A stretch of 64,000 bases of DNA, taken from assembly GCF_009914755.1 (NCBI RefSeq), contig NC_060947.1; one strand, given 5' to 3'. Position numbers and translations under genes: made by a program. Source of the stretch: the human T2T-CHM13v2.0 reference genome, Homo sapiens. The notes below the pieces were generated by a model. That model had not been told where the DNA came from and did not search any database. It was given only the letters and a program-made list of their open reading frames with translations. Below are positions 1 to 14,574 of the stretch, in pieces (within the stretch, counting starts at the first letter, position 1; every line of letters begins with the position of its first letter).

Positions 1-213
1 CTTTCTGTTGCCCAAATGCTCTGGCTAGGACTTTCAGTATTATGTTGAATAGGAGTGGTGAAAGTGGGCATCCTTGTCTTGTTCAAGTTCTCAAAGGGAA
101 TAGTTCCAGCTTTTGCCCATTCATTATGATGTTGGCTGGGGGTTTGTCACAGATGGCTATTATTATTTTGAGGTATGTTCCTTCTGTGCCTAGTCTGTTG
201 AGGATTTTTATAG
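1..213 (-). mobile_element. LINE-1 ORF2 (RT-region) fragment, inverted relative to the adjoining L1 segment
   Basis: Minus-strand translation [41 protein letters not shown] is typical L1 ORF2p; switches to plus-strand L1 at ~216. Confidence 0.9.
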
Positions 214-215
214 TG

Positions 216-1863
216 ATGGTGCTGGAATAACTGGCTAGCCATATGTAGAAGATTGAAGCTGGACCCCTACTGTCAGCCCTCTGAGACAAGCTAAGCCATC
301 ATAACCCCTATGACCTGCATGTATACATCCAGATGGCCTGGAGCAACTGAAGAACCACAAAAGATGACATTCCACCATTGTGATTTGTTCCCGCCCCACC
401 CCAACTAATCAATCGACCTTGTGATGTTCCTCCCCTGGACCATGAGTCTCATGATCTCCCCACCCTGCGCCTTGTGACTCCCGCCCCTGCCCACAAGAGA
501 ACAACCCCCGTTAACTGTAATTTTCCACTACCTACCCAAATCCTATAAAACTGCCTCACTCCTATCTCCCTTTGCTGACTCTCTTTTCAGACTCAGCCCA
601 CTTGTACCCAAGTGAAATAAACAGCCTTGTTGCTCACACAAAGCAACAAGTCTCTTCACACAAAGCAACAAGTCTCTTCACATGGTCTCTTCACATGGAC
701 ACACGTGACACCTACGTGTCATCATATACAAAAATTAACTCACAATGGATTATACATTTAAAAGTAAGACCTCAAACTACAAAAAATCTAGAAGACACAA
801 CATGGAAATTACTCTTCTCAACATTGGCCTTGGCAAATAATTGTTGGCAAAATCTCCAAAAAATATTGCAACACAAAGCAACTTAGACAAGTGTGAACTA
901 AATAAACTAAAAAGCTTCTGCACAGGAAAATAAACTATCAACATAGTAAACAGACAACCTACAGAATGGGAGAAAATACAAACTATGCATCTGACTAAGG
1001 CCTAATATCCAGAAACTATGGGGAACTTAAACAAATCAACATGCAAAAAACAAATAACCCCTTTAAAAAATGAGCAAAGGACATATCCATGAACAGACAC
1101 TTCTCAAAAGAAGACGTATAAGTGGCCACCATACATATGCAAATCAAAACCACCATGAGATACCATGTCACACCAGTCAGAATGGCTATTACTAAAAAGT
1201 CAAAAAAACAACAGATGCTGGTGAGGCTGCAGAGGAAAGGGAACACTTATGCACTGCTGGTGGGAATATAAATTAGTTCAGCCACTGTGGAAAGCAGTCT
1301 GAAAATTTCTCAAAGAACTTAAAACAGAGCTATCATTTGACCTAGCAATCCCATTACTGGGCATACGCCTAAAGTAAAACAAATCATTCTACCAAAAAGA
1401 CACACACTCATTTTGTTCATCACTATGGTATTCACAATAGCAAAGACCTGAAATCAATACAGGTGCCCAACAATAGAAGATTAGATGAAGAAAATGTGGC
1501 ATATATATACCATGGAATACTATGCAGATGTAAAAAAGAATAGATTCATGTCCTTTGCAGCAACATGGATGCAGTTGGAGGCCGTAATTCTAAGCTAATT
1601 ACTGCAGAAACAGAAAACTAAATGCCACATGTTCTCACTTATAACTGGGAGCTAAACATTGAGCACACATGGACATAAACATGGGAACAATAGATACTGC
1701 AGACTACTAGAGGAAAAAGGAAGGAGCATAGGTTGAAAAGCTACCTATTGGGTACTGTGTTTACTACCTGGGTGACAGAGTCCCAACTCAGCATCACAGT
1801 TTTCCCATGTAACAAACCAATATATGTACTTCTGTATCTAAAATAAAAGTTGAAATTTAAAAA
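216..1863 (+). mobile_element. LINE-1 3' part (ORF2 C-terminus and 3'UTR, L1PA15-17-like), interrupted by a solo LTR at 271-710
   Basis: atggtgctggaataactggctagccatatgtagaagattgaagctggacccctac resumes after the LTR as ...atatacaaaaattaactc; ends with ...ctaaaataaaagttgaaatttaaaaa. Confidence 0.9.
271..710 (+). mobile_element. Solo HERV-H-family LTR (LTR7C-like)
   Basis: Starts TGTCAGCCCTCTGAGACAAGCTAAGCCATC, ends GTGACA; TATAAAA 544-550, AATAAA 616-621; perfect 5-bp TSD CCTAC at 266-270 and 711-715. Confidence 0.92.
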
Positions 1864-2816
1864 GGAAGTCATTTTTTTCTAGGATGATGTGATTTTATGG
1901 CTTACTATTCAAGGGTAGAAGATGGACATGACTTAGAGAAAATAAGAAAAAATATTCCATCCTTCTTCTAGTCACCAGGAATACTACTATAAAAACAAAG
2001 TCAGTAAAAGCATGAGAGTGTGGGTCTTCAGTTTTTCTCCGTGAAACAGGAGTGGGAGTTTAGAGAGAACAGACATTATGTTGTTACCTTTCTGAGAAGT
2101 TAAGCTGTAAACATTCTCTGTTGCTATTTGTGAAACATACTTTTACAGAACTAAAGTCTAAGGGGAGCAGGTGCAAAGTAATTTATTCAAATAATGAATA
2201 CACAGACCTTGAAGTTATTTTTTAAGTTGTGAAAAGAATAGACTGAGAAGAAAAATCAAATTGGTTTACATTTTGGAATCGATATTTCTTGATGATACAG
2301 GAGGCATCCTTCACCCACAGTCATAGGCTTGTGATTTCTGTAATTTTTCACAGTTGTTAAGTAAATAAAGAACTTGAGCAAGTTAAGTGTCTGTAAGGGG
2401 TTGCATTCACTACCTGAAACCTATGGTTTCATCTTTGGTTTTTCAGTAGTAGCAGAGGGACAACAAACCAGGCTTGAGATGTAGAGGACCTATGATCAGA
2501 TGATTTGTTTGAGAGCCCAAACTAATTAACTTTAAACAAGTAAAATCAAAGTATTATTTAGGTTAAGGGCCTGCAAATTCAAATGTTTTCATAGGCCATA
2601 TAGGTAACATAAATATGTGAATGGCACCGTATATAAACAAAATTGAGTTATAGCGCTTTGGGATTGAGATTACAAACTTCTTTGAAGGCAATCAAATTCA
2701 ATTTAGAATGTTTTCTAAGCTGAACAAAGCAAGTTGCAAGCCAGATTTGACATTCATTTGTTGTTCAGTATCAAATTTTGAAAAAAAATACTTAAATGAG
2801 AAGCCTTCTGGCTTTT

Positions 2817-2950
2817 CAGGGAAATCGCTGATGTATGATGGCTTGACTTATGATTTTTCAACTGTGGAAAGTGATACACATTCAGTACTCTCCTTAATTT
2901 ATGAGGGGTTTCTTCTGGATAGAACCATCATAAATCAAGGAGCATCTGTA
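2817..2950. mobile_element. MER47/Tigger5-type DNA transposon remnant (internally deleted)
   Basis: gacttatgatttttcaact...gatacacattcagta and terminal ...aaccatcataaatcaaggagcatctg-ta resemble recalled MER47A ends. Confidence 0.6.
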
Positions 2951-3071
2951 TATCATTATCATAAGATAATAAATACACATTTGCAGTAGCCAAAATTACC
3001 CAAGATAGCACTTTTTATACCAATGTTCTTGGGAAACTAAATTAGTCATCAGAGCAAAAGCAGTTATTGCT

Positions 3072-3205
<134 letters not shown>

Positions 3206-3611
3206 GCAGCTATTGCTTGTGAGAGATATGTTACTCTAGCTGTAGTTCATCTTTTAATAACTGAACTACTTTTGCCTACCAGCCACAATTTCTCTTCAAT
3301 GGACCCTACAGTTATACAATCACTAATTCTTATTATTTAGCTCTCATTTTACTAGGTTTCATATAAGTTATTGAGGTTTTGCTATACATTCTGTCAGCAG
3401 AAGATAAAATAATTTAATTATATCTTTATTGGTTATATAAAACATATATAGTTATATATATACAATTTTGTATCTAGAAATGTATTTCATTATTTAGTTT
3501 ACATATATTTCATTATCTAATTATATTAAGGACTTGAACATACTTTCTAATCATTTTGATTAAATTTTATACCATTCCAACTTTCTTAGCAATACATTTG
3601 AATTATGATAA

Positions 3612-4064
3612 TTTCTTCTTCCATTTTGTGTTGCTATGACAGAGTATCTGAGACTGGTAATTTATAAAAATCAAGAGGTTTATTTGGTTCATGACTGTGG
3701 TGGATGGAAAATCCAGGATTGCACAGATGCATCTGGCAAGGGCCTCAGGCTGCTTCCACTCATAGCAGAAAATGGAAGGGTAGCCAGCATGTGTAAAGAG
3801 ATCACATGGTGAAACAGGAAGGAAGAGAAGAAATCGTGGAAGTCAGATTATTTTTAAAAACCCACTTTCTTGGTATTTAATCCATTCCAGGGAGAGAAAA
3901 AACTGATTGACCCCCAAAAGAGGGCATTAACCTATTTCTGAAGAATCTGCCCCCATGACAAAAACACCTCCCACTATAATCCACCTCCCAACACTGCCAA
4001 GTGTGTGATCAAATTTCAATATGAGTTTTGATGAGGACAGACAAACTATATCCAAGCCCTAGCA
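3612..4064 (-). mobile_element. MaLR LTR (MSTC/MSTB2-like)
   Basis: ctgagactggtaatttataaaaa...gaggtttatttggttcatg...caaatttcaatatgagttttg...ccaagccctagca. Confidence 0.85.
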
Positions 4065-4704
4065 AAGAACTATTAAAGATGAAAACCCATGCAGCTATTC
4101 ATCAGAATGGCAGGAAAAAAAAAATGTCTACAGAAGAGAATGAGAGATACTTTGACCTGACACTAAAGGAAAGTGATTGAGGATATCTAAGAGACTCTAG
4201 AGAGGAAAGATGAGGACTGCCAATTAAAATAAATGTTCCCAATATCCCCAGCATGAGATGAGACTACAAGTGAGATGCAGGTTGAGAGGAGGCTGGAGAG
4301 AGAAACTTGTTTACCTGTGGATCCAGAAAGGTGAGAAGATGAAGTAAAACACCTGTAAGAGTAGATCCTGGCCAGCAGAGATAAAAGCTTTGTTATCTTG
4401 GGTAAGTTAGTGGTTATTCTGTGTGTTTATAAAACTCATTGCATGCTCGGGATGCGAGTATCGGGGATGGAGGAGTAACAGGTTTTTACTTAAGATGTGG
4501 CCTGCATTGGCAATCCAAGGAAGCTGGAAGACCACAGGGAGGACGTAGGGAGAAGGATGGTAATTAACAGCAATGTTGCAAAACTATTCCTGCAGAAAGT
4601 TGAGACATAATATATCACCTAATCTTTTGGCTTTAGATAGTACCAAAAACCAGCTACATTTTAATATTACCTTTAGAAACAAAATGATATAGCTGCATTA
4701 AAAT

Positions 4705-4962
4705 AATGTGCCTATGTGTTACTTTTTCTGTGTAAGAAATTATTCCAAATTTAGCATCTTAAAAATTAACATCTTTTTGTTACTTTCTCTGTGTAAGAAA
4801 TTATCCCAAATTTGGCATCTTAAAAATTAATGCTTATTACAACACACACTTTCAGAGGGTCAGGAAATATAAGAGTTGCTTCCTTGGGTGGTTCTAGTTC
4901 ATGGTCTCTCATGAGGTTGCGATCAAGCTGTAGGCTGTGGATTAAATCATCTTAAGGTTTGA
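4705..4962 (-). mobile_element. MLT1-type MaLR LTR fragment containing a 61-bp-period tandem duplication
   Basis: tgtgtaagaaattattccaaatttagcatcttaaaa occurs twice (units start 4717 and 4778), followed by ...ggtctctcatgaggttgcgatcaagctg. Confidence 0.7.
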
Positions 4963-5267
4963 AGTGTAAACCCATCCTGATGTTTCACAGAATACCCAGG
5001 CAATGTGTCAATGATCATCAATGATTTATTTGCTGTGAAGTAAATAGGCTTCTGAATATTAAAATTTCCTAGAAATCATCTGTGTTCATTCGTAGTCCTT
5101 ATGGGTTATGTTAGGCATACATCATTCCTGGCGTTTTTCCTAATTATAGTTCCTGGTTTGACTGCATAAGAGAACCAGCTCCATACTTTATATAAGTCTT
5201 AAGAAAGGGAATTGTGGTATTGGGATACTATACCAACTCTTGAATATATCTTAATATAATGGAAAGA

Positions 5268-5555
5268 TATAGAGTCAAAGAGACCTGAGTTTAAATCCAG
5301 ACTCTGCACATACTAGCTGAGTGATATTGAGAAAGTCACTTTAACCTCTTAGAACTTATTTCTTCATCAATAGAATGGAGGAAATAATGGTTTGTTAGTT
5401 CAGTTTCAGACCTATGGTGGTAATTATATTAAGCAAAGAATACACACACACACAAAATATATATATATATATATCATATATACATATGATATTATATATG
5501 TCATATATAACCTAGCCCTACAAAGTGCTCAATAAATGGTAATTATTATTATGAT
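5268..5555 (+). mobile_element. MIR (split by TA-rich sequence)
   Basis: agacctgagtttaaatccagactctgc..actagctgagtga..gaaagtcactttaacctct core; tail aagtgctcaataaatggtaattattatt. Confidence 0.7.
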
Positions 5556-5599
5556 AGTTTTATGTACATATATATATGTATATGCCAGCCTAATAGCTT

Positions 5600-5790
5600 A
5601 ACATTATGAAAGAAACATGGGCTTTAAAGTAAAAAAATAAAATCAAATAAAAACTGGATTTGTGTCTTGGCTGGAATCATCATTTATTAGCTGAGTGATC
5701 TTAACAGTTTTTTATCCTCTCAAAGCTTCAATTTTTTCATCAGTAATGTTTGACTTTAATAATAATATCTACCTCAAAGGGTCATATGCC
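5600..5790 (+). mobile_element. MIR
   Basis: catgggctttaaagt...atttattagctgagtgatctt...aataatatctacctcaaagggt. Confidence 0.6.
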
Positions 5791-5955
5791 CCTAACATCT
5801 TCTAAATTAGAAAGAAAAGTTAGCAGTGCCACTACTACTATTGCCAAATAATTTCACTGATACTACCTTTTCTCACCTTTCCTAACTAGCATCTTCCCTC
5901 CACAACTTGGCAATCTTGTTCTTTTCTCAGGATTGCCATGGAAGGAACACAGATG

Positions 5956-5956
<1 letters not shown>

Positions 5957-5988
<32 letters not shown>
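5957..5988 (+). repeat. (AC)n microsatellite
   Basis: Perfect AC run. Confidence 0.97.
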
Positions 5989-5990
<2 letters not shown>

Positions 5991-6781
5991 ATCCTTATAG
6001 CACCTTAAGGCACACTGGAAGTTAGAGAGCAAGCTCTTTCAGCTTATGTCTTATCAGAAACTTCGTGGTGCATTTATGATGCCTTCAGACCACAAGCCTA
6101 TACTCCTGAGCTGAGAACATCGGGGAAAATCATCAGTAGACACCCTATTAGTGGAATTCATCAGGCTTCATTCTCCCATTCAGATAGCCAATACTGCTGT
6201 TCTCACTTAAATTACCTGACCCTGCCCTCTGATTCCTGGCTTAGCACAGCTGCAGTAAACATCCCTTTCCTTGCAGACAACCATTGTATAATGATCTCTG
6301 TCAATGGGACTCAATAAGGCTTGGATAAAGGCCTGAGGCCTCCCTGATTCCAACCAGAGCATCAATGGAATATTTACCCACCAAGTCCACTGCTGAAGAT
6401 ACAACAATACTAACCTGAATGAAGGAAATACATAAAATAGGAAGAAATACAAATGGCCATGTGCCATGTTTACCTCGGGTATGAGCATTGTTTTCTATTA
6501 AGTTCTGTGAGGAATGTTAATTCAGAAATATTTATTTCATACCAAGAATCCAGGTGATGCTGATGCATACAAAAAGTTGAGAGAAACTGGTTTTGTCACA
6601 TTCTCTGTAATATCAGATTTTCTCAGTAGATGGTGTTGTCAAACAATTTTTCTCTATTTCTGTCATCATATTAATAGTTTTTCATCAGCATCAAACAAGG
6701 TAGCAAATTTTTTCTCTCCATACTCTTTTCACTGTTTGGTAAGTCTGCATTTTCTTAGCTTCATCTGTTCTATTTTCTCAA

Positions 6782-6782
<1 letters not shown>

Positions 6783-6819
<37 letters not shown>
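6783..6819 (+). repeat. (AC)n microsatellite
   Basis: Perfect AC run. Confidence 0.97.
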
Positions 6820-6821
<2 letters not shown>

Positions 6822-6865
6822 ATGTATAAAATGGAGTAGTCCAAAGTTAGGAGAATAAGTTACTA

Positions 6866-7520
<655 letters not shown>

Positions 7521-7549
7521 TCTATATATTTATACTTGTTGAAACCAAA

Positions 7550-7785
7550 GTTACTGTAGTTAAGAGCTTAGACTCTGATGTCTGGCAGTCTGGGAACAAG
7601 TGTTGGCTTGGGAATGTTAGTTCTCTAACTGTTTCAAGCGTTATTTTCTTTATCTCTATAATGGGAGTAATAATAGTAAAGGCCTTTTAGGGTTATTGAA
7701 ATAATTATGACTTGATTTGTGAAAAGAGCTCAGAATAGCATAGAATGTATGGAAAGCAGCCAGTACATTATAACTATTGTTATAG
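7550..7785 (+). mobile_element. MIR
   Basis: gtagttaagagcttagactctgatgtc...tatctctataatgggagtaataatagta...gggttattga. Confidence 0.65.
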
Positions 7786-7799
7786 GCTAAATCCTTTTC

Positions 7800-7990
7800 T
7801 AGACATTTTCAACACATCACCTCACTTCAATTTCATAATAATGCTTTGATGTAGGTATTATTATGTCTCCTTAAGAGATAAGGAAACCAAAACTCAAAGA
7901 GGTAAGTGATTTGCTCTAGGTTACATAGCCAGTAGACAGTAGGCCTGAATTTGAAGTCACACTCAGGTTTTACCCCACGCTCATGCTTTG
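7800..7990 (-). mobile_element. MIR
   Basis: gtaggtattattatgtctccttaagagataaggaaaccaaaactcaaagaggtaagtgatttgctctaggttacatagccagt. Confidence 0.8.
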
Positions 7991-8014
7991 CCACTCTGCT
8001 TACCTTTTCCTTGA

Positions 8015-8372
<358 letters not shown>

Positions 8373-8465
8373 AAAATTTATATTTTTAGGAGCTACTGAG
8401 ATTCACAATCAACATACTAATTTGTGTTTTATACAAAATAGCTTGTGAAACTCAAAAAATATAGT

Positions 8466-8770
8466 TGTTATGATAGTTTTGTGTGTCAACTTGGCTAGGC
8501 TATGGTACCCAGTTGTTTAAACACTGATATAGGTGCTGCTGTGAAGGTATTTTGTAGATGTGTTAACATGTACAATGAGTTAAGTTGAGTAAAGGAGATT
8601 ACTTTGATTATATGGGTGAACATTACTGAGTCAACTGAAAGGCCTTAAAAGAAAATAAGATTTTCCTGAGAAAAAAAAAAGCAGCCTCAAAACTGCAACA
8701 TTAGTTTCCAGTCTATCAGCCTGCCTTACAAATTTCAGAATTAGAAGCTCCCAAAACCATATAAGCCAAT
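8466..8770 (+). mobile_element. MLT2D-like ERVL LTR (3'-truncated)
   Basis: tgtgtcaacttggctaggctatggtacccagttgttt...gctgtgaaggtattttgtagatgtg...agtaaaggagattac. Confidence 0.85.
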
Positions 8771-8774
8771 GTGT

Positions 8775-8853
8775 TTTCTTTAATTTTTAATTTTTGTGAG
8801 TACACACTAGGTGTCTATATCTATGGGGTACATGAGATGTTTGGATAAAGATG
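8775..8853 (-). mobile_element. Short L1MA1-3 3'-end fragment
   Basis: ttaatttttaatttttgtgagtacacactaggtgtctatatctatggggtacatgagatgttt. Confidence 0.8.
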
Positions 8854-9002
8854 TAAAGTTTTAACACGCTAAAAAAAAAACTAGGTTTGTCTTCATTTGT
8901 ACATATAACTAGGCTTTCTCTAGCTTCTCTATCTTAGGGGAAAATTTAGGTGATAGCAACAATTGCAAAGCAGGATTTCTCTGGCTCTTCTCTCTTACTC
9001 TA

Positions 9003-9217
9003 TAGTAGCATTTCTCAACTGGGGACAATTTTGCCTACTCAGCGGACATTTGGCAATACGTGGAGACATTTTTGGTTGACACAGCTGATGAGTACAACTA
9101 GAATCTAGTAGGCAGATATCAGAGATGCTGCTAAATATTTTCATTGCAAAGGTTAACCCCCCACGACAAAGCACTATTCATCCTAAAATGTCATACTTCC
9201 AAAATTGAGGAAAGCTT
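9003..9217. mobile_element. MER20 (hAT-Charlie)
   Basis: ttctcaactggggacaattttgcc...ggacatttggcaat..tggagacatttttggttgacaca...gatgctgctaaata...aaaatgtca..ttgagg. Confidence 0.9.
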
Positions 9218-9587
9218 ATCTATAGGAAACAGTCTCTTCAAAATCTTTTCAAATTTTTATTGGAGTCGCCAGGTAGGAACAAAAATGCTCCGTTTCACTT
9301 TGATTCCTTTTTTGCTGCCAGTGCTAATAGTAGTAACTATAGAATCATTGTCTAAGAAGTGCTCAACACTGGTGTTGGAGCTTGCTGTATGTAGAGATGC
9401 TATTTCTAATACATGTTGTTACCTGAGATGAGGCTACAGATGCCTAATATCTAGAATTCCAGTGTCTGTGTTGAAGATATCACCTATCATCATTGCTGGA
9501 ACTGCTGGAACTATTGTTTCCAGTACCAGAGTCTTCTGCTCTCTCATCATTCCTACTCTGCTCAAGGTTTTTTATTCTTTTTGTAAA

Positions 9588-9790
9588 ATTTTTTTATTTT
9601 TAATTTTTTTTTGGTACATAGTAGGTGTATATATTTATGGAGTACATGAGATATTTTGGAACAGGTATGCAAATGCGTAATAACCACTTCATGGAAAATT
9701 GGATGCCCATCCCTTCAAGCATTTATCCTTTGTCTTACAAACAATCCAGTTATACTCTTTTAGTTATTTTAAAATGTACAACAAATTATT
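9588..9790 (-). mobile_element. Short L1MA2/3 3'-end fragment
   Basis: ggtacatagtaggtgtatatatttatggagtacatgagatatttt...aagcatttatcctttgtcttacaaacaatccagttatactcttttagttatttt. Confidence 0.88.
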
Positions 9791-10119
9791 GTACCTGCTG
9801 TACAATTGTACCCGTTACCTGCTGTTTTTTCACAGCCTTCTCTTCCTGAGATGCAGGAAACAATTTAGTTGATATTTACCATGTTGTACTCAAAGTTACT
9901 CTTTACTTTGAATGGTCTATTTTTCTACAAACAGCTTAGTTTCCTCAACTACTTTTTCCTTAGAATGAATTATCTCCCAAGAGTACTTTAAGTCCCTGGT
10001 TTTAATCTATAATGGACACATATTAGCAACTCTATAAATATGATAAGCTACACCCAAACCTTTCTGTGGGCCACTTTTTTCCTCGGATAAAGATTTTCTG
10101 CTATATAAACAATTGATTA

Positions 10120-10570
10120 CTTCATTCAACTGCTGTACACATATTTATTGAGCACAACTCATCACACAAAAATTTTATTGAGTAGTTAGCTAGGCAGTTG
10201 TTTGAGAAATGAAGATATAGCAGTGGCAAGGTAAGACAAGACCTTTTCCCCAATAGCTGGAAAAGAGAGGAAAAAAAATAAGCAAATAAAAGTATTCATC
10301 TGAAATAAACTAAAACAGTATAATGTGACTTGTAATATAGAGAGATGATTCTTTGTAATGGGTGCAGTCAGGGAAGACTTCTCTGAGGGTTAGTATTTAA
10401 CCAGATATCTGAACAATGTGAAATATCTAGAGGACACAAATTTGAAGCAGGGTGAATAAGTGGAATCAAGAGACAGAAAAACAGTCAGTGTGACTGGAAC
10501 ATAGCGAGCAAGGGAATGTGTGGTACAACGTGAAGTCAGTCTGGCAATCTCCAGATCGTGTAGTTTCTAT
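10120..10570 (-). mobile_element. L2 LINE 3' region
   Basis: ttcattcaac..atatttattgagcac tail; cagggaagacttctctgagg; cagtgtgactggaacatagcgagcaaggg. Confidence 0.7.
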
Positions 10571-11384
10571 TAAGTTCTAAACGTGGTGCTCTGTGCTAGG
10601 ATATCTTTGTAAGCCAATTATATTATGGACCTTGCTCAAAGCATAATTAAAAAGATATGCTAATCAAAATTCACAGAACTAAGTATATAATTGCAAAGTA
10701 CTTTATGGTAAGTGCTATTAAGGAGATTACCTAATGTTATGAGAGCATATAAATAAAGTGTGAAACCTGATTTGATTAAAGAAAAGTTTCCCCAGACAAT
10801 GATGATGAGCTGAGATGCATAGGATAAGTAGTTAGTAAGATAGAATGAGAGAAAGATTGGAATTATAGACAAAATAAGTTAACTTTTTCCACTTTTTAAC
10901 AAGTAGTGAGGCAAGAAACAGATGTCCTTTTAAGAAACTAAAGTTATTTTTCTCTTTTCACTTGGATGTACAAAATAAGAAGTTTAGATTAAGAAGAAAC
11001 AAGTAGTTTAAGAGTAAAAGTACACTTTGGTTAACAATACAATCATTAAACCTTAAAGGCCTCACTCCAGGTTTCTGGTGGTCATTGATTTCTCTTTCTG
11101 TGCTGCTGTTACAGCGTGACATAGAAAAGAAGGATACACTTAGATCTGGTGAGGTGGGGCCAATGTAAGCTGAACAGCAATGTACTGCTGCTGTCTTCCA
11201 GGGGAAGTAGGTGAATAGTCATTTTGGGAAAGGCACTGCATCACCAGCTTCTAGAAAATTTTTTCAAGAGTCTGACCATTGTATTTTTTCTCAAATATAT
11301 TTTTTTAAATCTCTCCCTGGAGAGTGGCTTTGAACTCTAGCTTTGCTCAGATAGGGCTCCCATAAATTTGGTGGTAAATATTTA

Positions 11385-12141
11385 TGTGTTTTTCATGATA
11401 GTTCTTTATCCTGGTGGATGACCAAATGCCTGTGCCTGATCATACCCAGGTATCTTCCTCACAGAAAGAACATTTTTAGGCTGTCAGAATCCTTTTTGGT
11501 TCTTGTCTGACCTGTGTCCAGTTTATTCCTACTAAGATAGCCACTCCACAGCAGAGTCCTGACCAGGAGGAGAATCAGGTGTGACACAGAGAAGGCAACT
11601 CAACAAAATGCACAAGATAACAGAAGCAGTGTATTACTTACAAATCCCGGAGAGAAGAAGGCAGCATGCCTCACAGGGAAAACAGGAAGTAGGGAAGCTT
11701 TCTGGGACACATTGGTTCAACCAACAGGTGGGGAGGAAGAGAGAGAGAAAAAGGAGCCTGTGGGCCAAAGCCTTCATTGAGATCCAAGGTGTTACCCAAG
11801 CAAGTTTTCTGTGTGGAGTTCTAATTGGTGGGTTATGAATATGCAGGCATGTGTTCCATGGATTCCCACTGTGACTGAAAAGTGACCGCTATGGCTTATC
11901 TGCAAAGCCTGTGTAGGATGTGGGGATCAGTCAGGTAGTATATAGCTGTCCCATAAAGATGTGGTCAGTAGGAGGTGATTGTATAAGAAAGATATATGGA
12001 TAGATCTGCTTGAGGAACTACGGGAGGCAGAGAACTGGGAACTGTGTCAAGGATGACTAAGCCTTGCTTGTGGTATGAAAAAGCCAACCCTATATTCAAA
12101 ATAAATGTCAAGGCAACATAACTCTATTAGGATCTACTATA
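11385..12141 (-). mobile_element. MER54A-like ERVL solo LTR
   Basis: Reverse complement begins tatagtagatcc..ttatgttgccttgacatttattttgaatata..tttcataccacaagcaaggcttagtcatccttgacacagttcccagttctctgcctc, matching recalled MER54A. Confidence 0.75.
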
Positions 12142-12280
12142 CTGGCCTCATAAAAACTTTGACCAATCAGACTATTCTAGCAACTTGGAGTTCTGGAAAT
12201 GTTTTTCGTGAAGTAAACAGAAAAGGAAAACAATGCTAAATGATGGCAATTAATATGTATAAACCAAGAAGTAATTTTAT

Positions 12281-13324
<1,044 letters not shown>

Positions 13325-14574
13325 ACCAAGAAGTAATTTTATAACATTAATGTGTGTATATATCGGTAAAATGTCAGCTGCAGGTAAGGGAACAATTGAC
13401 TGAGTGGCTTAAGCCAGAATTTAAAATGTATTGTGTAAGAAGAAATCAAGAGATAGATAATCCCTGGCTTGGTACAGTGCCAGAGTGGACCTCTTAAAAA
13501 GTGATGATTATGATAGTCTTTTAAATACTTCCTTCTCTAAATGTTTAATGTCAAAGTTTAACTTTGTTTTAATTTTAATGTTTTGTTTAATTTTGATGTT
13601 GGTATTGATGTTTTCAAATGAGCAAAGTGCATGTAATCATCACCACCACCAATACACTCTCATTGCTAATATTTGATTACAAAATAAGATAAATATTGAC
13701 CTGTTATTAGATAATTCTCAAATTCTAAGAGAAGTTAGAAAGAAGTTTGGAAACCTAAATGATCCCTTGTCAAAAATAGACTTAAGCAGTACTCCTATAA
13801 ATAACCAAATTTTGAATGCTCTCAAGTACAGATTAAAGTCAAAGTAGATAAAGCATTATGTTCTGAAATCTATAAACAAGGAGTTTTATGATTTTACTGA
13901 TGTCATTTGATTTCCAAAGGCTGACATAGTTGACACTGCAGAAATTAAAAAATAAATTGAGATTCATCATATGGATGTAAAAGATTTTCTACCAGTACTG
14001 TGAAGACAAGAAAAATAGATTATCATAACAACATACACATTGGGATTTTAAAAGCTCTCTCTGGAAGACCAAATTGAAATATTAAAAATATAATTTTATA
14101 TGTATATATAGGATATCAGGTTCCATATTTTACAGTTCAGGCTCAGAAAATGTCCAATTAAGACCATAAACAACAATTTGATGACTAATAATAAAATCTA
14201 CTGTTTTCGAGCAGCTAGGGATTGCTTACTAACGGGTGACTAAGGGGCTACAATAAGTCCCTTACTCACCCCTTAGTGAGCAGTCCCTTATTTCAGAAAA
14301 TATCTTGGGGCAGATAGCTATACTGTGCTTGCTTTTATGTTTGCCATTGTGGTTGAAATAATTTATGAGACCCTCAATTGGCTCCCAGAACCTGGAACTT
14401 TTCAAAGGGTTACAGTGGGAGAAGCAGTAACAGGAATTGATACTTCACCTAACGAAATATTTAACACTAATTGAGGATGAGGCAACATGGAAAGCTCTAG
14501 AAGAGTGTTTCCCAAAAAAATGGTTCACTGATAGATTCAGTCTGTTTTAAGTTATTGCTTAGACATTTCATTTT

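Noticed and set aside
11385-12141. MER54A LTR as promoter of the retrocopy
   Set aside because: It lies downstream of the ORF in the direction of transcription
13337-13400. TATA- and CAAT-like words upstream of the retrocopy
   Set aside because: TATAAAA overlaps the L1 endonuclease target/TSD and such words are common in AT-rich DNA; no support for promoter function
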